NCBI GenBank assembly: GCA_964581105.1
Contig: CAZOMB010000002.1
Span: 4,015 to 68,014 of the forward strand
Length of the DNA stretch: 64,000 bases
Direction of reading: 5' to 3'
Source: Candidatus Micrarchaeota archaeon
Lineage (GTDB): Archaea; Micrarchaeota; Micrarchaeia; Anstonellales; Anstonellaceae
Part shown: in pieces, positions 17,829 through 26,871 of the stretch
How the letters are laid out: every line of letters starts with the position of its first letter
How positions within the stretch are numbered: the first letter of the stretch is position 1
Notes under the pieces: generated by a model
Seen by the model: only the letters and a program-made list of their open reading frames with translations
Told to the model about the DNA's origin: nothing
The model's database searches: none
Position numbers and translations under genes: made by a program

Positions 17829-18413
17829 ATGTATCTTGTACTAACATGCAAGGACAGGATTAGGCTTCCTGCCCAGTATTTTTCAATGAAGCTTGAGGAT
17901 GCGCTGACGCAGATTCTCAGGGAAAAGTATGAAAGAAGGATTGACAAGGACTCCGGGGTTTCACTTGCAGTCTGGAATGTCGGGCCTGATGGTGACGGAA
18001 TTGTAATCCCTGGCGACAATGCAGCTTATTATGACGTTTCATTTGATGTTCTTTGCTACCAGCCGCAGGTAAATGAGATTGTTGAGACTGATGTTTCTGA
18101 GATAGTTGAGTTTGGCGCCTTTGTTTCCCTTGGCCCAATTGAGGGGCTTGTGCATTTGTCCCAGATTGCAAACGACTTTTTGAATTACAACCGGAAAACA
18201 CAGTCATTTGTCGGAAGGGAGAGCAAAAAGTCAATCAAAAAAGGAGATGTTGTTTATGCAAAAATCTCAACTGCCAGCATAAAGGGCAGCATACCTGAAA
18301 GCAAAATAGGCCTTACAATGAGGCCTGACGGGCTTGGCAAGGAGGAATGGCTGTCTTCAAAAAAACCTGAGGCAAAGGCAGGCAAAAAGCCCAAAAAGAA
18401 AAAGGCAGCATAA
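17829..18413 (+). CDS. rpo7: RNA polymerase subunit Rpo7 (E')
   Basis: PGDNAAYY, VEFGAFVSLGPIEGLVHLSQI, KIGLTMRPDGLGK.EW. Confidence 0.96.
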   Translation: MYLVLTCKDRIRLPAQYFSMKLEDALTQILREKYERRIDKDSGVSLAVWNVGPDGDGIVIPGDNAAYYDVSFDVLCYQPQVNEIVETDVSEIVEFGAFVSLGPIEGLVHLSQIANDFLNYNRKTQSFVGRESKKSIKKGDVVYAKISTASIKGSIPESKIGLTMRPDGLGKEEWLSSKKPEAKAGKKPKKKKAA

Positions 18414-18611
18414 GTGATTTTTATGAAAGCATGCAAAAACTGCAGGCTCTTGACAACAGAAACAGGAAAATGCCCTGGCTGCCAGTCAACTGACCTGACT
18501 GAAAAATATTCGGGCCAGCTGGTTGTAATGGACCCAGAAACGTCTGAGATAGGCAAAAAGCTTGGGATAAAGGTTCCTGGCAGGTACGCAATAAAGATAA
18601 GGGAAAGGTAA
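18414..18611 (+). CDS. spt4: Transcription elongation factor Spt4 (RpoE'')
   Basis: KACKNC...CPGC, SEIGKKLGIKVPGRYAIK; follows rpo7. Confidence 0.95.
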   Translation: MIFMKACKNCRLLTTETGKCPGCQSTDLTEKYSGQLVVMDPETSEIGKKLGIKVPGRYAIKIRER

Positions 18612-18615
18612 TCTT

Positions 18616-18909
18616 ATGCCAAAAAAGCCGAGGGGAAGGGAAAGGCTGGTAAACTGCGTTGCCTGCGGAAGGACGATGCCAAGAGACAAGTCAGTCAAGT
18701 ACAGCAGAATGAATGTTTATTCCACTGACCTTAAGACTGCTGATGATGTGAAAGCTTCAACTTATGTTGAGAGCCATTATTGCATTTCATGCGCAAAGTC
18801 AAAGAGGATATTTGAAAAGCTTAAGAACAGGGCAATAAGGGCTGCTGCAAAAGGCGAGCGCAGGGGAAGAAGAGTTTCCGGGCGCTGGAACAGCGGAAGA
18901 AGATGGTGA
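18616..18909 (+). CDS. rps26e: 30S ribosomal protein S26e
   Basis: CVACGRTMPRDKSVK...HYCISCA matches the eS26 zinc motif C..C.R.+P.DK...YC.SCA. Confidence 0.85.
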   Translation: MPKKPRGRERLVNCVACGRTMPRDKSVKYSRMNVYSTDLKTADDVKASTYVESHYCISCAKSKRIFEKLKNRAIRAAAKGERRGRRVSGRWNSGRRW

Positions 18910-18933
18910 GCCTGTTTTTCAGGAGGCGTTATT

Positions 18934-19221
18934 ATGGAGGAAAAACTTGTTTTTGAGGGGCATGAGTACGAGGGGCTGAGCTTTCCGCTTGGCAATGTGC
19001 CGCTTCTCATTGTAAAGGCAAAAAAAGGATATGTTGCTTGCGGCTATATCAGCAAGGAAGCTTCAGAAAAGTTTGGGGATGTTGCTGCTTTTGTAAGCGG
19101 GGTTAAAACTTTTGAGGAGCTTTTCAAGGCAAAAATAAAGAAATTCACAACATGGGCAGATGACTTGGGAATAAGGGAAGGCATGTCAGTCAAAAAGGCG
19201 CTTGAGCTTATGGATGAGTAG
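18934..19221 (+). CDS. YunC/DUF1805 family protein
   Basis: PLLIVKAKKGYVACGY, AAFVSGVKTFEELFKA, LGIREGM. Confidence 0.85.
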   Translation: MEEKLVFEGHEYEGLSFPLGNVPLLIVKAKKGYVACGYISKEASEKFGDVAAFVSGVKTFEELFKAKIKKFTTWADDLGIREGMSVKKALELMDE

Positions 19222-19230
19222 GGCGAACTG

Positions 19231-19491
19231 ATGGTTGAAAGAAGGAATCTTTTCCGCATATGGATTTTGTGCGCTGCAGTGGCCCTTTTCTTTTTTGCCT
19301 ACAATTCAATCCTCTTTCTTGTGAACCTGGCCCCTTTTATTAGCACTGAACCTCCTGGCCTTGCAGAAGCAACAGAGTTTGGAGCAGGAATGGTCAATAC
19401 ATCTGTCAATGCAACTATTTCGTTCTTTGTTTTGCTGGCATTGTTACTGGTGGGCTTTTTCATATTCATAGTTTTCAGGAAAAACAGCTAA
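19231..19491 (+). CDS. Small two-TM membrane protein
   Basis: Two hydrophobic segments; follows yunC in the same direction. Confidence 0.55.
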   Translation: MVERRNLFRIWILCAAVALFFFAYNSILFLVNLAPFISTEPPGLAEATEFGAGMVNTSVNATISFFVLLALLLVGFFIFIVFRKNS

Positions 19492-19751
19492 CCATACTTT
19501 CTTTTGAGGAGAATAAGGGCAAGTATAAGGCATATTCCAACCATATTTGCAGCTATTATTGGCATGCTCATCAGCATTATTCCGTAAATAAACCAGAGTG
19601 CCATACCTGAAAGAAGTGTTGCAAGCCAGAGAAAGGAAATGTCTTTTGTGCTTTTTGTCCTGTAGCTTCGTATTATCTGGGGCACAGATGAAATTGTGGT
19701 AAGGAACGCCGCAGCAAAGCCAATAAGCTCAACAAATTCCATGAAATCCAC
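19488..19751 (-). CDS. SemiSWEET / PQ-loop transporter
   Basis: IGFAAAFLTTISSVPQIIRSYRTKSTKDIS, LWFIYG, IIAANM. Confidence 0.92.
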   Translation of the reverse strand: MDFMEFVELIGFAAAFLTTISSVPQIIRSYRTKSTKDISFLWLATLLSGMALWFIYGIMLMSMPIIAANMVGICLILALILLKRKYG

Positions 19752-19755
19752 TCTT

Positions 19756-20961
19756 TTAGCTTGATTCTATTATTGAAAGGTTCCTTGTAATTATTTTTTT
19801 GACATCTTTGGAGGGATAGCCTATTCTTATGAGCCTTGTCCTTCCTCTCATTCCTGCGCCTGACTCTATTGTTGTGATAAGCCCTAGCATTTCCAAATCA
19901 TTCAAATACTCGCGGTACCAGCGCGCGCTTCTCCTGGGTTTTCTGAAGCGCTTGGCTGTTTTTGAGTATTCTTCATATACCTCGCCTGAAATAAGGAAGC
20001 TGTCATCAGAGCCAGCTGCATCTGTAAGCCTTGTGTTTTTCCCCTTGTCAAGGGACAGGTTTGCAACTGCCAAAAGAACAAGCTGCTGGTGGTCTGGCAA
20101 AGTTGAAATTGCCTCAAAAGTTATGTCTGTGTCTACGGACTTTCTTGCATCTTCAACTTCTTTGTCAGTTATTTTCTTTATCTGCTTGTCATCAGCTATT
20201 TCCCCTGATTTCATAAGAAGCTTGAGAGCATAGCGCGCATCGCCTGTTTCTGAGGCAGTTATTGCTGATGCAAGGTTTACTGCAGCTTCTTGCACCACTT
20301 TTGGCTTAAAGCCCATTTTTGCCCTTTGCTTTACAATTGCCTGCAGCTGCAATGCGGTGTATGGGGAAAATACCATCTCATTCTCGCAAAGAGAGCTTCT
20401 GCTTCTTGGGTCAAGCTGGTCCTTGAAAGAGAGCTTGTTTGATATCCCTATTATGCTTATGCTGCTGTGTTCAAGCTCATCATTTGCGCGTGTCAGGGTG
20501 TAAAGTAAGTCGTCTAGGTCTTTTACCATGTCAACCTCGTCAAGAATCACTATGAGCCTTGCTTTTTCTGTTTCTATTTTGTTCATCATCCTCTCATAGA
20601 GCATTGCAAATCCAAACCCCAATGAATCAAGGGAAGGGAGAAGCTGTTTTGTTATTTTTTGCACCACTCTGTAGCGGGAGTTGAACATTCTGCAGTTTAC
20701 ATAGCATACCTTCGAGGTTTTGGCATGCGGCTCAAACTTTGATATCACGTGCTTGACTGAGCAGGTCTTTCCTGTGCCTGTCTTGCCATATATGAAGAGA
20801 TTTCTGGGCCTTTCGTTTTTCAGGGCAGGCGAAAGGCCGGACATTATCTTGTCTATCTGCTTTTCCCTGAAAGGCAATGTTTCTGGTATATAGTGAGGTG
20901 AGAGCACGTTCCTGTCTGCGAAAACAGACGGCCTGTTGAGTATTTCTGAAAAAGATGGCAT
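19756..20961 (-). CDS. cdc6: Orc1/Cdc6 replication initiator
   Basis: YIPETLPFREKQI, GKTGTGKT Walker A, ILDEVD Walker B, GDARYAL, C-terminal winged helix. Confidence 0.96.
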   Translation of the reverse strand: MPSFSEILNRPSVFADRNVLSPHYIPETLPFREKQIDKIMSGLSPALKNERPRNLFIYGKTGTGKTCSVKHVISKFEPHAKTSKVCYVNCRMFNSRYRVVQKITKQLLPSLDSLGFGFAMLYERMMNKIETEKARLIVILDEVDMVKDLDDLLYTLTRANDELEHSSISIIGISNKLSFKDQLDPRSRSSLCENEMVFSPYTALQLQAIVKQRAKMGFKPKVVQEAAVNLASAITASETGDARYALKLLMKSGEIADDKQIKKITDKEVEDARKSVDTDITFEAISTLPDHQQLVLLAVANLSLDKGKNTRLTDAAGSDDSFLISGEVYEEYSKTAKRFRKPRRSARWYREYLNDLEMLGLITTIESGAGMRGRTRLIRIGYPSKDVKKIITRNLSIIESS

Positions 20962-21062
20962 AATAGCACCTGCCCGCCTGTTGCCCTGCGGGCTTTTTGA
21001 TAGCACAAAAAGCCTTATTAAGATATGCCGAGAATTATGAACATCATCACAGAGGTGAGAAG

Positions 21063-21428
21063 ATGGGCATTATTGAAAAGATCACGCGGGGACTCGGCCT
21101 GAACAAGGAGATGAACCTCGAGGAATACATGAATACTGTTGAAATGGAGAACGTTGATGTGCTCCATGAGGCTGCAGACTTTTATGTAAAGCCAGTTGCG
21201 CTTGAGTCTGAAAAGGACGTGAATGTGATTATGGAGGAGCTTAAGGCAAAAAACATCATTTTGCTGAATGTTTCCCCAATGAGCAAGCAGCCAAACAAGC
21301 TCAAGCAGACAATTGACAACATCAAGATGTACGTGACAAAAATCAACGGCGACATTGCAAGGATTGACAATGACAAGATTTTGCTCACGCCAACAAAAGT
21401 GAAGATTGTCAAGAGCAGGAAAAGGTAG
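21063..21428 (+). CDS. sepF: SepF-like cell division protein (DUF552)
   Basis: GAGGTG RBS; ELKAKNIILLNV, INGDIARI, ILLTPTKVKI. Confidence 0.85.
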   Translation: MGIIEKITRGLGLNKEMNLEEYMNTVEMENVDVLHEAADFYVKPVALESEKDVNVIMEELKAKNIILLNVSPMSKQPNKLKQTIDNIKMYVTKINGDIARIDNDKILLTPTKVKIVKSRKR

Positions 21429-21437
21429 CCCTCTTCT

Positions 21438-21824
21438 TTATTTTTTTCTTTTCCCTAGCTTTGGCCCTTTTAAAAGGAAAAAGTACTCCAAAAACTCTTT
21501 AGTGCTTTTGCTTTTTGCCTCAATTTCTGAAAACGAGATTGCTGCTACTGTTATATTCAGGACCACCAGGAATGAGAACAATAAGTCTTCAACTGGAAGC
21601 CCGCATGGGCAGATGCCAAGTGTTTTTGAGCAGTCAAAAACCCATGGCTTTAAAATGCAGGTGCCAGGCTCTGCCCCAATGTACATCGCAAGGCTCAGGA
21701 CAAAGATCAATGGAAATGCCCGCTTTAATTTTTCCTGCAAAGAAAAGCGCATTATGCCAAATACATAGAGCAATGCCAGTGATATGAGAGTAGGCACTAG
21801 CATGTAAACCAGAAACTCACTCAT
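21438..21824 (-). CDS. Lycopene cyclase domain protein, second of pair
   Basis: GGAGGT RBS; PWVFDCSKTLGICPCGLPVEDLLF; three TM segments. Confidence 0.65.
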   Translation of the reverse strand: MSEFLVYMLVPTLISLALLYVFGIMRFSLQEKLKRAFPLIFVLSLAMYIGAEPGTCILKPWVFDCSKTLGICPCGLPVEDLLFSFLVVLNITVAAISFSEIEAKSKSTKEFLEYFFLLKGPKLGKRKK

Positions 21825-22122
21825 GCTTCCAACCTCCAAATACCAGTGCCAGCATGGCAATTTCCATGCCTATGAATGATATGAAAACCCACTCCTCAAG
21901 AGGAAGGCCAAAAAACCAGATTCCAAGTATCTCTTGTGGGGGGAACCACCACAACCCTTTCCTTATTGCAAAATAGTCCCAAAGAAATGCAACAGCAAGG
22001 CTTCCAATCCCGCAGAACAGGATTGTCTTTTTGTACCTTAAGAGAAGTTTTTTGTGGAACAGGATAAGAAGTAACATTGGAAAAAACACATATATTGAAA
22101 GCCAAATCCAGTATGAAAGCAA
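21817..22122 (-). CDS. Lycopene cyclase domain protein, first of pair
   Basis: TTG start after AGGTGA; LWDYFAIRKGLWWF...ILGIWFFGLPLEEWVF. Confidence 0.85.
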   Translation of the reverse strand: MLSYWIWLSIYVFFPMLLLILFHKKLLLRYKKTILFCGIGSLAVAFLWDYFAIRKGLWWFPPQEILGIWFFGLPLEEWVFISFIGMEIAMLALVFGGWKHE

Positions 22123-22126
22123 TTGT

Positions 22127-22837
22127 TCACCTTTGTTTGCCAAGCTTTTTTGCAGCTTTTCTCAATACCCCAAGTATTGTTGCGCACTCCTTGTCAGAGA
22201 GCATTGATTTTCCGACCATTCTTTTAAATGCTATTTTCGCCTTTTTAGGGTTTCTCATGTCTTTTGAGAACTTGTCTGTTATAAGGGAAAACGAGCGTAC
22301 TAGCTCTTGTTTTTCCTTTTCGCCTGCTGGCTCATAAGCCTTTATGTTAAGGCTTGAAAGCTCGTAAAGAACTATTGCAACTGCGTGTGAAAGGTTCAGG
22401 ATCGGGTATTTTTCTGACGTTGGAATAGTTACAAGAAAATCGCATGCAGAAATGTGCTTTTCAGACAAGCCAATCCCTTCATTGCCAAATGCCAGGGCTA
22501 TTTTCCCCTGTCTTTGCTTTTTCAGCTTGGTTTTCAGCTTTCTAAGGGCTATTAGGGAACGGAATGTTTTGTTATAGTGCCTGTAAAGTACACCTGTTGT
22601 GCCTATTGTGAACTTGCAGCCCTTTGTTGCCTGTGACAGTGTTTTTCTTATTTTTGCCTTTTGCAGTACTTCTTTTGCATGCTTTGAGTATTTTATTGCA
22701 TCAAACCCAAGCGGGTTGCACTTTGGGGATACAATGAAAAGCTCTGAAAAGCCAAAATTTTTCATTGCGCGCGCAACTGAGCCTACATTCATCCCGTATT
22801 CTGGCGCAACAAGCACTATCCTAAATCGATTATTCAT
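22127..22837 (-). CDS. trmJ: SPOUT RNA methyltransferase, TrmJ family
   Basis: PEYGMNVGSVARAMKNFG, FGNEGIGLS, YPILNLSHAVAI. Confidence 0.9.
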   Translation of the reverse strand: MNNRFRIVLVAPEYGMNVGSVARAMKNFGFSELFIVSPKCNPLGFDAIKYSKHAKEVLQKAKIRKTLSQATKGCKFTIGTTGVLYRHYNKTFRSLIALRKLKTKLKKQRQGKIALAFGNEGIGLSEKHISACDFLVTIPTSEKYPILNLSHAVAIVLYELSSLNIKAYEPAGEKEKQELVRSFSLITDKFSKDMRNPKKAKIAFKRMVGKSMLSDKECATILGVLRKAAKKLGKQR

Positions 22838-23441
22838 TTTTCTCAGCCTCAATTAATGCGATTTTCTCAAAAAAGAACTTTTCCTGTGCAAGTATTTGTG
22901 CTTTTCCTATGTCTTTTTCAAGCTGGTTTGCTGTTTTTTCTATTCCTTTGTTAAGGGAAGTTGCAATTACTGTTACTTTGCCTTTTTCCAAAAGAAAATA
23001 TGGTGCTTTTTCTGAGAATCTCCTGAACACTTCCAGGCCAGAAACTCCGCCGTCATATGCTGCGTTCTCAGCTTCAAGTGAGAGCTTTTCCTTTCTTGTT
23101 GTTGGCAAATAAGGCGGGTTAAACAGGATGAAATTGAATTTTCCTTTTACATTTGAGAACAGGTCTGATCGGAAAAATTTGCAATTTGAAAGATTGTTTG
23201 TTGTGGCATTTTTTTCTGAGCACTTGGCTGCTTCTTGGTTTATGTCAACCCCTGTAACTTGGTTTTGGGGATTTGCTGCAGCAGCTGAAAGGGAAACTAT
23301 TCCTGTGCCACAGCCAATCTCAAGTATTTTCCCTGAGATAGAGGAAGCATAGGTTGCAAGGAGAAATGAATCTTCTGCTGGCTCATAAACGGTTTTGTCA
23401 ATGTTGATTTGCAGTGTGCCAAAGGAGATTTTGCTGTTCAT
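22830..23441 (-). CDS. HemK2/PrmC-like methyltransferase
   Basis: VYEPAEDSFLL, LEIGCGTG, FNPPYLP, YDGG; ATGA overlap with sua5. Confidence 0.9.
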   Translation of the reverse strand: MNSKISFGTLQINIDKTVYEPAEDSFLLATYASSISGKILEIGCGTGIVSLSAAAANPQNQVTGVDINQEAAKCSEKNATTNNLSNCKFFRSDLFSNVKGKFNFILFNPPYLPTTRKEKLSLEAENAAYDGGVSGLEVFRRFSEKAPYFLLEKGKVTVIATSLNKGIEKTANQLEKDIGKAQILAQEKFFFEKIALIEAEKNE

Positions 23442-24043
23442 TTTTCCCACTCGAATTTGTCGCCTGGCCTTGTTGCGCCTTTTCTCAGTATTTTCATTGC
23501 TATCAGGTCAATTACTGTTGAAGGCTGGCAGTATATGCACTTTCCGCTGTCAATTGCAAGGTCTGATTTTTCTAATACTTGCTTGTCAACCTCTGAAAGC
23601 TTTGTTGGCGGCATGCTTCCTGAGAAATTTGCGCTTGTTGAAACTATTGGAAGGTTCAGCTCTTTTGAAACCTGCCTCATAAACATGTGCTCTGGTATTC
23701 TTACCCCTATGCTCATGGTTGGAGAGACTGGCAGTTTTTTCTTTAAGGGGAGTATGAATGTGTATGGGCCTGGCAAAAGAGAATGAAGTATTTTTTCCTG
23801 CTCTGAAGATATTTTGCAATAACCAAGTACCATAGGATAATCTGCAACAAGTATTGAGAGGGGCTTATTTCTTTCCCTTTTTTTCACTTTGCAAAGTTTG
23901 TCCACTGCTTTTTCAGAAATTGCATTGCAGCCTATGCCATAAAGCGTGTCTGTTGGGTAAATTACAAGCCCGTCTGAGGAAATTGCCTTTTTTGCCTGGT
24001 TTTCTGCTTTTTCATGCTCAGAAACAGATATTGTGCTGCTCAT
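23438..24043 (-). CDS. sua5: Threonylcarbamoyl-AMP synthase, YrdC-domain only
   Basis: YPTDTLYGIGC, KKRERNKPL, LPGPYTFIL, IGVRIP, STSAN, PSTVIDL. Confidence 0.93.
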   Translation of the reverse strand: MSSTISVSEHEKAENQAKKAISSDGLVIYPTDTLYGIGCNAISEKAVDKLCKVKKRERNKPLSILVADYPMVLGYCKISSEQEKILHSLLPGPYTFILPLKKKLPVSPTMSIGVRIPEHMFMRQVSKELNLPIVSTSANFSGSMPPTKLSEVDKQVLEKSDLAIDSGKCIYCQPSTVIDLIAMKILRKGATRPGDKFEWEK

Positions 24044-24047
24044 TGAA

Positions 24048-24815
24048 TCAGACTTTGTTTTTGCCTGCTTTGCGGATGGCTTTTACCATTTCAGAAACGC
24101 GCGATTTTAGGTTGCCCCCAGACTCAAGCGCTGTCCCTACCTGGACTGCGTCTGCTCCTGCTGCTATCACTGCTGCTGCCTCTTTGGGCGTTTTTATTCC
24201 GCCTGCAGCAATGTATGGTACTGATATTGATTTTGAGACAAGGGACACCATTTCAAGGGGCATGTGGCCTGTGTCAGGGTTGCTTCCACAGTCTGTGAGA
24301 ACAAAGCGGAAACCAGAAAGCTCTGCTGATGCTGCCAAGGCAGCTGCTATTTGCGGCCTGTTTCTTGGCACAAGGTTTGAGTCACCTACCCAGCCAACTG
24401 TGCCTCCTGGCTCAATTACCATATAGCCTACTGGCAATGCCTCTATTCCCATTTTCTTTACCATTGGAGCTGCAAGCATCTGCGCTTGTGAAATCCAGTA
24501 AGGGTTTCTGCTGTTAAGAAGTGACATAAAGTACAAGGCATCTGCATATTTTGTGACTGTTGCTATGTTTCCTGGGAAAAGGACTATTGGCACATTTGAC
24601 TTTTCCTTTATCCCTTTTGTTACTGTGTCAAGAAGCTCGCCCTGTGCTCCCATGCTGCCGCCTATTAGGATTATGTCTGCCCCGCCTTCTGAGGCTTGGC
24701 AGCCTGCTGAGATTGCAAGTGATGGCTCTTTGTAGTCAACTGGGTCAATTAAGGCAAAGAGCAGCCCGCCTTTTCGTGCAATTTCCTGTTTGATGTATTT
24801 TTCTGTTTTTCCCAT
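24048..24815 (-). CDS. Geranylgeranylglyceryl phosphate synthase, group II
   Basis: LIDP, IGGS, LFPGN, MSLLNSRNPYWI, GYMVIEPGGTVGWVG, AGGI; TIM-barrel PcrB family. Confidence 0.92.
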   Translation of the reverse strand: MGKTEKYIKQEIARKGGLLFALIDPVDYKEPSLAISAGCQASEGGADIILIGGSMGAQGELLDTVTKGIKEKSNVPIVLFPGNIATVTKYADALYFMSLLNSRNPYWISQAQMLAAPMVKKMGIEALPVGYMVIEPGGTVGWVGDSNLVPRNRPQIAAALAASAELSGFRFVLTDCGSNPDTGHMPLEMVSLVSKSISVPYIAAGGIKTPKEAAAVIAAGADAVQVGTALESGGNLKSRVSEMVKAIRKAGKNKV

Positions 24816-24819
24816 AAGA

Positions 24820-25785
24820 TTACCTTTTATTGCCTGTAAATATGCCTGCCATTTCCTTGACACCATCTCTTATTTTAACCCTTGCCTTAAAGCCAAGCTC
24901 AGTTTGCGCTCTTTTGCATGAATATGCCCTGTCAAGGGACAGCTGCCTTATGTTCTCCCCTGTAATGCTTGGCTTGTTTGCAATGCCGGTTATTGAGAGC
25001 AGGTTTTGTGCTTTTAGGGCAATTTTTGCTACCAGGGGGTTTGCATGCCCCTCTGGAGGTGTAACGCCTAATTCCTGCGCTGCAAGGCCTAGGAGCTGCT
25101 CTTGGGTAAGCTGCTCTTGCCCGGTTATGTTATATGACCTGCAGGATTTGGCTTTTGAGTCAAGAGAGAGTAAAATTGCTGATATTGCGTCATTTATATG
25201 GAGCAAGGGAAGCCTGTTACTGCCTTTGCCAAGGGTTTTCATTTTCCCTTTTTTGAGAAGCTTAAAAACCTGGAAATAGCCCTCTTCAAAGCCTGGGCCA
25301 TAAATCATGCCAAAGCGCAGGAATGTGATTGGCAGCCTGTCACAAAAGTCCTTTGCAAGGGATTCTGCGAGCATTTTGCTTTTGCCATAAGGGCTTTTTG
25401 GGTTAAGTGCAAATGACTCATCAACTGTCTTTCCCTTGTATTCGCCATAAACAGAGATTGAGCTTGCAATAACCAGCCTTTGTATGGAAGAGGGCATGTT
25501 TGATATCAGGTTTTTTGTTGCAAATGCATTGTTAAGCACAAGCTGGCTGTAAGGGTAATCGCCAACCAGAGCTGCCAAATGAATTATCTTTTGAATATCC
25601 TTGAATGCTGATGCAGGGACTTTGCCTGATGACAGGTCAAACTCAAGCTGCTCTGCCCCTGAGGGCAGCGCCTGTGAAGAGCCTGGCTTTGTTATTGCCT
25701 TTACCGCATGGCCCTTTTGAAGAAGCTTTGGGACTAGCAGCTTTCCCACTCTCCCTGTTGCTCCTGTTACCAGTATTTTTGCCAT
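24820..25785 (-). CDS. NAD-dependent epimerase/dehydratase (extended SDR)
   Basis: ILVTGATGRVG, HLAA, SSISVYG, PYGKSK, RFGMIYGPG. Confidence 0.9.
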   Translation of the reverse strand: MAKILVTGATGRVGKLLVPKLLQKGHAVKAITKPGSSQALPSGAEQLEFDLSSGKVPASAFKDIQKIIHLAALVGDYPYSQLVLNNAFATKNLISNMPSSIQRLVIASSISVYGEYKGKTVDESFALNPKSPYGKSKMLAESLAKDFCDRLPITFLRFGMIYGPGFEEGYFQVFKLLKKGKMKTLGKGSNRLPLLHINDAISAILLSLDSKAKSCRSYNITGQEQLTQEQLLGLAAQELGVTPPEGHANPLVAKIALKAQNLLSITGIANKPSITGENIRQLSLDRAYSCKRAQTELGFKARVKIRDGVKEMAGIFTGNKR

Positions 25786-25836
25786 GCAGGAATTTTGGGG
25801 GAATCGTTTAAATTTGCAGCAGACCAACAAATGCCC

Positions 25837-26442
25837 ATGCTCATTGTATTTGAGGGCATTGACGGGTCTGGGAAAAATACCCAGATAAAAAAGGTGCTGG
25901 AATTTCTGCAGCAGCACAGGATAAAGGCAAAATTGCACAAGTACCCCACCAAAAAGGCAAAAGATGGTTTTGCCCACCTTTCAGGCAAAAAGACTGTTTC
26001 TCCGCTAAGGCTTGCCAATGTATTTGCAAAAGACATTGAAAATGACAGCAAAAAGATTTGTGATGAGATAAAAGATGGTTTTGTTGTAATATGCGACAGG
26101 TATTTGCACTCTACCCTTGCTTATCAGGGGGCAAGCGCAGGCTATTCAAAAATCAAAAAAGAGCTTGCAAAAACAAAGATACCTGTGCCTGACTTGGTAA
26201 TTTTGCTTGACATTGACCCATTAGCCTCTGTGAAAAGAAAGCGCAAGCAGAAAAAGCCGGACAGGTTTGAAAGAAACGCTGAATTTTTGGCAAAAGTCAG
26301 GGAAAATTATTTGAGGGAAAGCAACGAATCATTTCTTTCGCAAAAATATGCTGTTATTGATGCCTCAAGGCAAGAGGCAGAAGTATTCTCAAGGGTAATT
26401 GTGCAGATTGAGCCTGTGCTGATAAAAAGGCTTGAACGCTAA
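25837..26442 (+). CDS. tmk: Thymidylate kinase
   Basis: FEGIDGSGKNTQ P-loop, ICDRY.HSTLAYQ, PDLVILLDI. Confidence 0.93.
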   Translation: MLIVFEGIDGSGKNTQIKKVLEFLQQHRIKAKLHKYPTKKAKDGFAHLSGKKTVSPLRLANVFAKDIENDSKKICDEIKDGFVVICDRYLHSTLAYQGASAGYSKIKKELAKTKIPVPDLVILLDIDPLASVKRKRKQKKPDRFERNAEFLAKVRENYLRESNESFLSQKYAVIDASRQEAEVFSRVIVQIEPVLIKRLER

Positions 26443-26804
26443 TCTTCTCCTTGGCGGATGCAGCGAAGCTCTGGCTTTACTTCATACCTTTCCGCTATTG
26501 TTCCATCCTTTTCATACCCATAAAAAGTGAGCCTTAGAACATATGTGTCTGGGTAAGACGAGGCGCCGCCGTAAATCTTTATCTTCTTTGATATTTTTTC
26601 TTTTGGAAGCGCAATGCCTATCCTCATTCTTCCCTTTGAAAGTGCCCTGTCCGGCGCAAGTGAAATAGCCTCAGGTATTGACACGTCGCATTCCACCCAG
26701 CGCGGCTCCTGGCCCTCGTTTTTTACTGAAACTTCCATCTCAACCTCATTTCTAATGTAAGCAGTCATCCTTATTGGGGAAAAATGGGTTGCGGGGTTGA
26801 GCAT
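26439..26804 (-). CDS. Hypothetical beta-rich (Ig-like) protein
   Basis: 121-aa ORF with alternating beta pattern; convergent 4-bp overlap with tmk. Confidence 0.55.
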   Translation of the reverse strand: MLNPATHFSPIRMTAYIRNEVEMEVSVKNEGQEPRWVECDVSIPEAISLAPDRALSKGRMRIGIALPKEKISKKIKIYGGASSYPDTYVLRLTFYGYEKDGTIAERYEVKPELRCIRQGED

Positions 26805-26871
26805 AGTGCACCGCTTTGTATTTCCTGCTCCTAATTTTTTAACTTTTAGGCACTAACACTGTTTTGGTTTT

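Noticed and set aside
20962-21062. oriC adjacent to cdc6
   Set aside because: Short divergent promoter region without ORB repeats or an AT-rich unwinding element, and no skew change
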